In this document: positions 1 to 5,328 of the stretch, one piece after another
Layout of the letters: each line of letters starts with the position of its first letter
Position numbering within the stretch: the stretch's first letter is position 1
Assembly (NCBI GenBank): GCA_964457525.1
Contig: CAYWGS010000077.1
Span: forward strand, 1-6,959
DNA from: an uncultured Erysipelotrichaceae bacterium
GTDB lineage: Bacteria > Bacillota_I > Bacilli_A > Erysipelotrichales > Erysipelotrichaceae
Length of the DNA: 6,959 nt
Direction: 5' to 3'
The notes under the pieces: model-generated
Seen by the model: the letters and a program-made list of their open reading frames with translations, nothing else
What the model was told of the DNA's origin: nothing
Database searches by the model: none
Translations under genes and position numbers: made by a program

Positions 1-11
1 ATCATACACTA

Positions 12-42
12 TTCACTACATTTATTGTGTGTTTATTATAAT
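12..42 (+). promoter_or_regulatory. Putative housekeeping-sigma promoter for the REC-HD-GYP gene
   Basis: Perfect -10 hexamer TATAAT at 37-42. The only -35 candidate is weak (TTCACT 12-17, 19-nt spacer). A transcript start near position 49 would rule out the TTG at 48 as a start codon. Confidence 0.35.
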
Positions 43-110
43 TAAGCTTGAGCTACATTGTAAACTCAATGAAAGCGTTATACAATATTTCTAATCAACC
101 TGAGGAAAAC

Positions 111-1223
111 ATGTCAAATAATGCACAAATACTCATACTCGACAACGATGAATCTAGTTTAATTATCTTAGAACGAATTTTACATTCATTAGCTGAGGTA
201 ATGCCTTTCGCACACGAAAAGGATTTTATCAATCATATAAAGGAGCATCCTAATCCTGGTTTATTAATCATTGACACAAATTCTCATGAGTTTAATGGTT
301 ATGATGTTATTAATAGATTACGTCAACAAGGTCTTATTGATGATGTTCCTGTTTTTTTAGCAATCAAAGAATCTTTAAGAGATGAGAATTATATTCATTT
401 ATCACAAGTAAGTGATTATATTTTCAAACCTTTTAGACTTGAATTGGTTAAGAATCGTGTGAAATCTTATTTAGAGTTAAAACAAATCAAGGATCAATTA
501 AAGGATCAAATCCATTGGATTGAGAATGAAGTTACTAAACGTTTGTATGACTTACAACTTACCTTCGATCTATCGATTGATATCGTTACTCAGTTGGTTG
601 AGACACGAGATTCAAATGATTCAAAGTCCATTTCTCGTACCCGTCAATATTATGAACTCATCATGCGTCGACTTCAAATGATGGATAAATATCGTACAGT
701 AATTGATGAGAGATATATTATTCGAACGGTTAAAGCAAGTCCACTTCATGATATTGGTAAGATGGGAATTCCTGAAAACATCCTAATGAAGAATGATAAA
801 CTCTCTTCAGATGAATTTGATATTATAAAGACACATACAACCATTGGATATAACACGATTAAGAACGTTGTGGATACGAGTTTCCTGGACGATTTACTTG
901 AGAAAAATGTGAGTAATGATTCTTCTGAATTCTTTAAGGAAGCACTCAATATTGCGAAATATCACCATGAATATTGGGATGGATCTGGTTATCCAGATGG
1001 TCTTAAAACAGAACAAATTCCATTATCTGCTAGAGTTATGGCTGTTGTGGATGTGTTTGATGCCTTAACGAATAAACGTGTCTATAAAGAAGCATGGAGT
1101 ATTGAAAAGACAATCCAATATATTAAGTCAAAGAGTGGTACACAATTTGACCCAGATGTTGTCAAAGCATTCTTGTTTGAAGTTGATAGTATTCGTAAAA
1201 TTTGGGAAAGTTCAAGAACTTAA
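111..1223 (+). CDS. Response-regulator receiver domain fused to an HD-GYP domain (RpfG-like putative c-di-GMP phosphodiesterase)
   Basis: Open frame 48..1223. I prefer ATG 111 because GAGGA at 102-106 sits 4 nt upstream and MSNNAQILILDND is a typical receiver N-terminus; TTG 48 and ATG 69 have no SD. Receiver landmarks: ILILDND, LLIIDTN (Asp codon 273-275), IFKPF (Lys codon 426-428). HD-GYP landmarks: HDIGK (747-761), THTTIGY, HHEYWDGSGYP (963-995), VDVFDALTNKRVYK, FDPDVV. Stop TAA 1221-1223. Confidence 0.9.
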   Translation: MSNNAQILILDNDESSLIILERILHSLAEVMPFAHEKDFINHIKEHPNPGLLIIDTNSHEFNGYDVINRLRQQGLIDDVPVFLAIKESLRDENYIHLSQVSDYIFKPFRLELVKNRVKSYLELKQIKDQLKDQIHWIENEVTKRLYDLQLTFDLSIDIVTQLVETRDSNDSKSISRTRQYYELIMRRLQMMDKYRTVIDERYIIRTVKASPLHDIGKMGIPENILMKNDKLSSDEFDIIKTHTTIGYNTIKNVVDTSFLDDLLEKNVSNDSSEFFKEALNIAKYHHEYWDGSGYPDGLKTEQIPLSARVMAVVDVFDALTNKRVYKEAWSIEKTIQYIKSKSGTQFDPDVVKAFLFEVDSIRKIWESSRT

Positions 1224-1250
1224 CAAGTATTTCACATACTTGTTTTTTTT
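1222..1250 (+). terminator. Rho-independent terminator of the REC-HD-GYP gene
   Basis: Perfect 9-bp stem AACAAGTAT (1222-1230) / ATACTTGTT (1236-1244) with loop TTCAC, followed by T6 (1245-1250) and then ATTTT. The stem is AT-rich (2 G:C pairs) and begins inside the stop codon. Confidence 0.6.
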
Positions 1251-1261
1251 ATTTTAGGAGT

Positions 1262-1290
1262 TTGATAAATTCTTTTCATATTCATACAAA
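1262..1290 (+). promoter_or_regulatory. Weak candidate promoter for the Cache-HAMP-GGDEF-EAL gene
   Basis: TTGATA (1262-1267), 17-nt spacer, TACAAA (1285-1290). The -10 lacks the final T, so this is tentative. Read-through from the upstream gene is an alternative. Confidence 0.25.
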
Positions 1291-1340
1291 ATCATACTAA
1301 TCGTTTGCAAATGCTTCTCATAAATCAGTATACTAATTGT

Positions 1341-3638
1341 ATGAAATCCATTCGAACTCAAATGATTAGTATCATCGTACTTCTAACCATCATCGTCTTT
1401 TTTGGTTTGAATGTTTTCATAGAACAAAAACTCATTGATTTTAAACAGTATTCTATTTCACAGTATCAAGAAATTACAGAAGCTAGAGCAAGCGAAGTTG
1501 GTAAGGAACTTATCGGATTGGTTAATCAAATGCATATGGTTTCTAATTCTACGATTGTTCAAACTATGGATATCGAATTAATAAGAGAATACCTCAAGAG
1601 CTTAGTTAAAGACGCTAATATTTATAGTATGACAATTTCAGACATTAATGGTAAAGCATGGACAAGTTATGATCTAGAAATTGATATTTCATCACAAGAA
1701 CAGTTTAAAGCAATCATGATTGATCAAAAAGAGTGGATTATTTCAAATCCTTTTTATAGTCCTTACTTCAATGAAAAGAAACCAATTATAACAATCTCAC
1801 ATGCAATTAAGAAAGATAATACGATTATCGGTCTAATTAACGCGGTTGTCACAACAGATTTCATGAAGAATATTGCGGAATCCATACAATTCAAGGATTT
1901 GAGTTTTGCCTGGATAATTGACTCTAATGGTATGATTGTTTCTCATCCAGATGATTCGATTACGATTCTTCAATCCTATCAAGATATCCTTAAATCCGAT
2001 ATCGATTATCCTTTTAGTGAAACAAGTGGCTCATTTGATTATATCGATGCGGACAACCAATCGATGTTGGCTGTCTATTCTACCATTCCAAATACCTCTG
2101 GATGGAAACTCATCATCTCAATCGAGCGTTCACAGGCATTTGCACAGTTGAATGATGTTCAAAGCTATATTAATTATGCCCTTCTTATTAGTTTAGTCAT
2201 ACTAATTCTATTTTCTTTAATCTATTCCAATAAGATTTCTGAACCAATACTACGTCTAAGACATGTCTTTGAACGAGCTGAACAAGGTGATTTAAATGTT
2301 AAAGCGGATGAAAGTGTACAAAACGAAATTGGCTTAGCTGCTATAAGCTTTAATCATATGTTATCTGAGATTAAGCATTTGACGTATATTGACCCAGTGA
2401 CTCAAAAAAATAATTATCGCAGTTACTTAAGTTCTTCTAACTTCATGATTAAATCGAATCCACAGGATGTTTTCTATGTAGTTGTGATTTCGATTGATGA
2501 TTTTAAGAAGATTAATAGTTTAGGTGGTTATGGTTTTGGAAATGAAACCTTAAAGAAATTTTCGGATATTCTTCAATCTCAGTTAAAAGAAGGTGAGATT
2601 CTAGCTCGTTATTTTGGGGATGAAATGATCCTATTATTAAAAGAAAAAGAGATCGAATCTTTACGTAATCGGATAAGTCAACTCCTTAAGGAATGTCAAA
2701 GGCCTTTTATTATCATGGATATTGATATCCACTTAAGTGTAAGTTGTGGTATTGCGAGACATGTTGATCATGAATCCATTGAAACAACCATTCATAATTC
2801 AACGATTGCCAAACTAAAAGCGAAGAAGATGGGTGGTAATATTGCGATATTCTATGGTGATGGGATTAACCAAGAGATTAAGCTTGAACAAGATATTGAG
2901 AAAGAACTTTATCATGCGATTGATCGGAATGAACTTTATTTAGTTTATCAGCCAATCTTTGATTTAAATGCAATGAAAGTGAGTGGGTTTGAAGCACTGT
3001 TGCGTTGGAATCATCCAATCTATAACAATCAAAGAATCGATACAATTATTAAGATTGCGGAAAATTCTGGTTTAATGCCTCGAATTGGACGTTGGGTCTT
3101 TAAAGAAGCATGTTATCAACTTAGAACATTGAATAAAACATTCCCTGACTTAAGTATTGCTTTGAATGTTTCAATGGTTCAGTTCAATGATACTTATTTC
3201 ATAAAACATATCGAAGAAATTCTTAAATATTCTAAGGTAAATCCTAAGAATATTATCATCGAAATCACAGAATCTACCGCAATGTCAAATGTAGATGAGA
3301 TATTAAGGACACTCAAACGTTTAAAGGATTTAGGTCTAGGTCTATCAATTGATGACTTTGGGACGGGTTATTCTTCATTAGCTTATCTCAGTCAGTTCCC
3401 GATTGATCATATTAAGATTGATCGTAGTTTTATTCAAAAGATGACTGAAGATTCTTCAAATTTAATGTTAGTTCAAACGATGATTACATTAGCTAAATCC
3501 CTACATTTAGAAGTTATTGCAGAAGGGGTTGAGAGCTTAGAAGAGATGAATGTACTTAAATCTTTGAAGTGTGATAAGATTCAAGGCTACTTGATTAGTA
3601 AACCAAAACGTATGAAAGATTTAGAGATCGTGGGATAA
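1341..3638 (+). CDS. Membrane sensor: TM, double-Cache (dCache_1-like), TM, HAMP, degenerate GGDEF (FGDEM), EAL; predicted c-di-GMP phosphodiesterase
   Basis: Open frame 1305..3638. The start is uncertain (TTG 1305, ATG 1311, ATG 1341; none has an SD). ATG 1341 gives MKSIRTQ followed by the TM helix ISIIVLLTIIVFFGLNVFI, a typical topology. An extracytoplasmic region of about 245 aa with Cache-like strings (ISDINGKAW, PIITISHAIK, IGLINAVV, WIIDSNGMIVSHP, GWKLIISI) is followed by TM2 (INYALLISLVILILFSLIY) and HAMP (PILRLRHVFERAEQGDL...ISFNHMLSEI). The GGDEF region has RYFGDEM (2607-2627). The EAL domain has YQPIF, FEALLRW (EAL 2991-2999), NVS, EITES, DDFGTGYSSLAYL, KIDRSF, AEGVES, QGYLISKP. Confidence 0.9.
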   Translation: MKSIRTQMISIIVLLTIIVFFGLNVFIEQKLIDFKQYSISQYQEITEARASEVGKELIGLVNQMHMVSNSTIVQTMDIELIREYLKSLVKDANIYSMTISDINGKAWTSYDLEIDISSQEQFKAIMIDQKEWIISNPFYSPYFNEKKPIITISHAIKKDNTIIGLINAVVTTDFMKNIAESIQFKDLSFAWIIDSNGMIVSHPDDSITILQSYQDILKSDIDYPFSETSGSFDYIDADNQSMLAVYSTIPNTSGWKLIISIERSQAFAQLNDVQSYINYALLISLVILILFSLIYSNKISEPILRLRHVFERAEQGDLNVKADESVQNEIGLAAISFNHMLSEIKHLTYIDPVTQKNNYRSYLSSSNFMIKSNPQDVFYVVVISIDDFKKINSLGGYGFGNETLKKFSDILQSQLKEGEILARYFGDEMILLLKEKEIESLRNRISQLLKECQRPFIIMDIDIHLSVSCGIARHVDHESIETTIHNSTIAKLKAKKMGGNIAIFYGDGINQEIKLEQDIEKELYHAIDRNELYLVYQPIFDLNAMKVSGFEALLRWNHPIYNNQRIDTIIKIAENSGLMPRIGRWVFKEACYQLRTLNKTFPDLSIALNVSMVQFNDTYFIKHIEEILKYSKVNPKNIIIEITESTAMSNVDEILRTLKRLKDLGLGLSIDDFGTGYSSLAYLSQFPIDHIKIDRSFIQKMTEDSSNLMLVQTMITLAKSLHLEVIAEGVESLEEMNVLKSLKCDKIQGYLISKPKRMKDLEIVG

Positions 3639-3656
3639 GTATCCCACTTTTCTTTT
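3630..3656 (+). terminator. Rho-independent terminator of the Cache-GGDEF-EAL gene
   Basis: Stem GTGGGAT (3630-3636) / ATCCCAC (3641-3647) with 4 G:C pairs and loop AAGT, followed by TTTTCTTTT (3648-3656). The stop codon TAA 3636-3638 lies within the hairpin. Confidence 0.7.
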
Positions 3657-3667
3657 GTGTGTAAGTC

Positions 3668-3696
3668 TTTTTAATCGATGCATACAATGTTATGAT
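3668..3696 (+). promoter_or_regulatory. Putative extended -10 promoter for the 2TM-GGDEF-EAL gene
   Basis: TGtTATGAT at 3688-3696 is an extended -10 (TG-n-TATGAT). The -35 at a 17-nt spacer is poor (TTTTTA 3668-3673). It lies between the upstream terminator and the AAGGA SD (3703-3707). Confidence 0.4.
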
Positions 3697-3713
3697 ACTA
3701 ATAAGGAATCATT

Positions 3714-5318
3714 ATGATCAAACACTTGCGACAGTACTTACAATCACTTGAGAAACAACTTTTCAATAAGGAATGGATCGGTAGTCCTGACTATGAAGCA
3801 TTACGCTTCACTATCATCTATATTTTTGTCGGGCTTGTTTGGATTATTTGGTCTGATGATCTATTAGCTTTTTTTGTACATGATATTAAATTAGTGCATC
3901 AGATACAAACGCTTAAAGGTTGGTTCTATGTCTTTATGAGTGGACTTTTATTTTCAGTCATTCTTAAGCGAAGAATTCGTATGATTAAAAATCTGTCTGA
4001 TAGTATTCTTTTTCAAAATACCCATGACACACTAACGAAATTACCGAATAGAGCTTTAAGTGGAAAAATCATAAATAAACGGATTGAACAAAACCCGGAT
4101 TTAACGTTTGCATTAGTAAGCCTTGATATTGATGATTTTGCGAATGTTAATGAGTTATTGGGATATCAATTTGGGGATAATATAATTCTCTCACTTACTG
4201 ATACATTAAGTAAATTATTGGATAAGGGTGATTCGATTTCTAGAAATGGCGATGGATTTATTCTTATTTTAGATATCTCTAATCGAACTCGAACGCAATT
4301 AAATCAACTGCTAAATAAAATACTTGTAATTGTTAGTTCTGAGCGAGTTATCGATCATCAAACATTGTTTATAACCTGTAGTATGGGTATTTCTGTTTAC
4401 CCAAAAGATGGACAAGATTTTAGTGAATTATTTAGGGCTGCTGATACTGCATTAAGACATATAAAAGGTGTTCGAAAGAATAGTTATAATTTCTATACTG
4501 AGGACTATCATATAACTCGTGTTAATCGTATTAAAAAGGTTAACGAATTAAAGAAATCGATCGATCAAGAAGAATTATACTTGTTATATCAGCCTATTTT
4601 CGATATGAAACATCATCATATTCATTCATTTGAAGCACTGATTCGATGGAATTCGCCTACATTTGGTCTTGTACCTCCAACTGAGTTTATTGCCTATGCA
4701 GAGAGTACAAATTTAATATCACACATTGATGAGTTTGTTTTTAGTACATCTTTGAAACTAAGACATAAGTGGTACGAACTTGGAGATGATACAACGATCT
4801 TATCCATTAACTTATCCTCTAAAGGGTTAGTGGATCCAAGTTTTATCCATACAATTGAGCGATTATGTATTGAATATCATTATATTCCAAACAGTATTCA
4901 AATTGAGATAACAGAAACTGCCTTTATAACTAACTTTGAATTAGCTAAATCTCATTTAAATCGATTGAAACATTTAGGTTTTACCATCGCATTAGATGAC
5001 TTTGGGACAGGCTATTCATCACTTGCTTATTTACATCAATTAAAAATTGATTCTATAAAAATCGATCGTTCATTCTCCATTAATCCAGGATCAAATCCAA
5101 ATCTAGATATTATTCTTGAAGAAATCATCCATTTAGCTCATATGTTAAATTTAAACGTTATAGCAGAAGGCATTGAGACTGAACTACAAAAAAACTTCTT
5201 CTTAGATATGAATTGCCGATTCGGTCAAGGTTACTTATTTGCTCGACCTGAAGCTGAAGATATAGCGACTCAAAGAGTGATTGATCAATTAGAAAAAAAG
5301 ATTAAGTCTAACGCTTAA
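3714..5318 (+). CDS. Membrane-anchored (2-TM hairpin) degenerate GGDEF (NGDGF) + EAL protein; predicted c-di-GMP phosphodiesterase
   Basis: ATG 3714 with SD AAGGA (3703-3707) 6 nt upstream. Two predicted TM helices (RFTIIYIFVGLVWIIWSDDLLAFFV and GWFYVFMSGLLFSVIL). GGDEF region: DTLTKLPNR, LDIDDFANVN, GYQFGD, RNGDGF (NGDGF 4245-4259). EAL domain: YQPIF, FEALIRW (EAL 4632-4640), NLS, EITET, DDFGTGYSSLAYL, KIDRSF, AEGIET, GQGYLFARP. Stop TAA 5316-5318. Confidence 0.9.
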   Translation: MIKHLRQYLQSLEKQLFNKEWIGSPDYEALRFTIIYIFVGLVWIIWSDDLLAFFVHDIKLVHQIQTLKGWFYVFMSGLLFSVILKRRIRMIKNLSDSILFQNTHDTLTKLPNRALSGKIINKRIEQNPDLTFALVSLDIDDFANVNELLGYQFGDNIILSLTDTLSKLLDKGDSISRNGDGFILILDISNRTRTQLNQLLNKILVIVSSERVIDHQTLFITCSMGISVYPKDGQDFSELFRAADTALRHIKGVRKNSYNFYTEDYHITRVNRIKKVNELKKSIDQEELYLLYQPIFDMKHHHIHSFEALIRWNSPTFGLVPPTEFIAYAESTNLISHIDEFVFSTSLKLRHKWYELGDDTTILSINLSSKGLVDPSFIHTIERLCIEYHYIPNSIQIEITETAFITNFELAKSHLNRLKHLGFTIALDDFGTGYSSLAYLHQLKIDSIKIDRSFSINPGSNPNLDIILEEIIHLAHMLNLNVIAEGIETELQKNFFLDMNCRFGQGYLFARPEAEDIATQRVIDQLEKKIKSNA

Positions 5319-5328
5319 TCTTTTTTTT
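5293..5328. terminator. Candidate bidirectional Rho-independent terminator shared by the convergent EAL and helicase genes
   Basis: Perfect 14-bp inverted repeat AAAAAAAGATTAAG (5293-5306) / CTTAATCTTTTTTT (5314-5327) with a 7-nt loop TCTAACG. This is a GATTAAG/CTTAATC core hairpin flanked by A7 on one side and T8 on the other, so a U-tract follows the hairpin on either strand. It contains both stop codons (+ TAA 5316-5318; - TAG, plus-strand CTA 5308-5310). The core stem is weak and AT-rich. Confidence 0.5.

Noticed and set aside
48-110. TTG 48 (and ATG 69) as the start of the REC-HD-GYP gene
   Set aside because: There is no SD before either codon. A perfect TATAAT at 37-42 would put the transcript start at about the TTG itself. 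ATG 111 has a GAGGA SD and gives a canonical receiver N-terminus. The longer form cannot be strictly excluded.
746-949. 67-aa minus-strand ORF from the track
   Set aside because: It lies entirely antisense within the well-supported HD-GYP coding region. It has no SD, a low-complexity Ser/Phe/Leu-rich sequence typical of AT-rich antisense frames, and no recognisable motif.
1262-1300. 12-codon mini-ORF (TTG 1262 to TAA 1298-1300) after the AGGAG
   Set aside because: The TTG is only 1 nt from the SD, which is too close for initiation. The peptide has no features.
1305-1340. TTG 1305 / ATG 1311 as the start of the Cache-GGDEF-EAL gene
   Set aside because: The extension MQMLLINQYTNC adds nothing recognisable ahead of the MKSIRTQ + TM signal-anchor. 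No candidate has an SD, so this is a preference rather than a firm exclusion (see the start-codon finding).
1224-1340. Possible c-di-GMP riboswitch (GEMM) or other leader RNA ahead of the c-di-GMP genes (also 3639-3713)
   Set aside because: The spacers are short, extremely AT-rich and almost G-free outside the terminator stems. I see none of the G/C-rich paired elements or GNRA/receptor features expected of GEMM-I/II.
1936-2151. 71-aa plus-strand ORF in an alternative frame
   Set aside because: It is nested out of frame inside the Cache domain coding region, with no SD and no motif. Most likely a chance open frame.
352-5299. Homopolymer tracts inside coding regions (T7 352-358, A7 2404-2410, T7 3869-3875, A7 5188-5194, A7 5293-5299) as phase-variation switches
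   Set aside because: Runs of 7 are common in genomes this AT-rich. All are in frame with intact ORFs, and none approaches the lengths typical of contingency loci.
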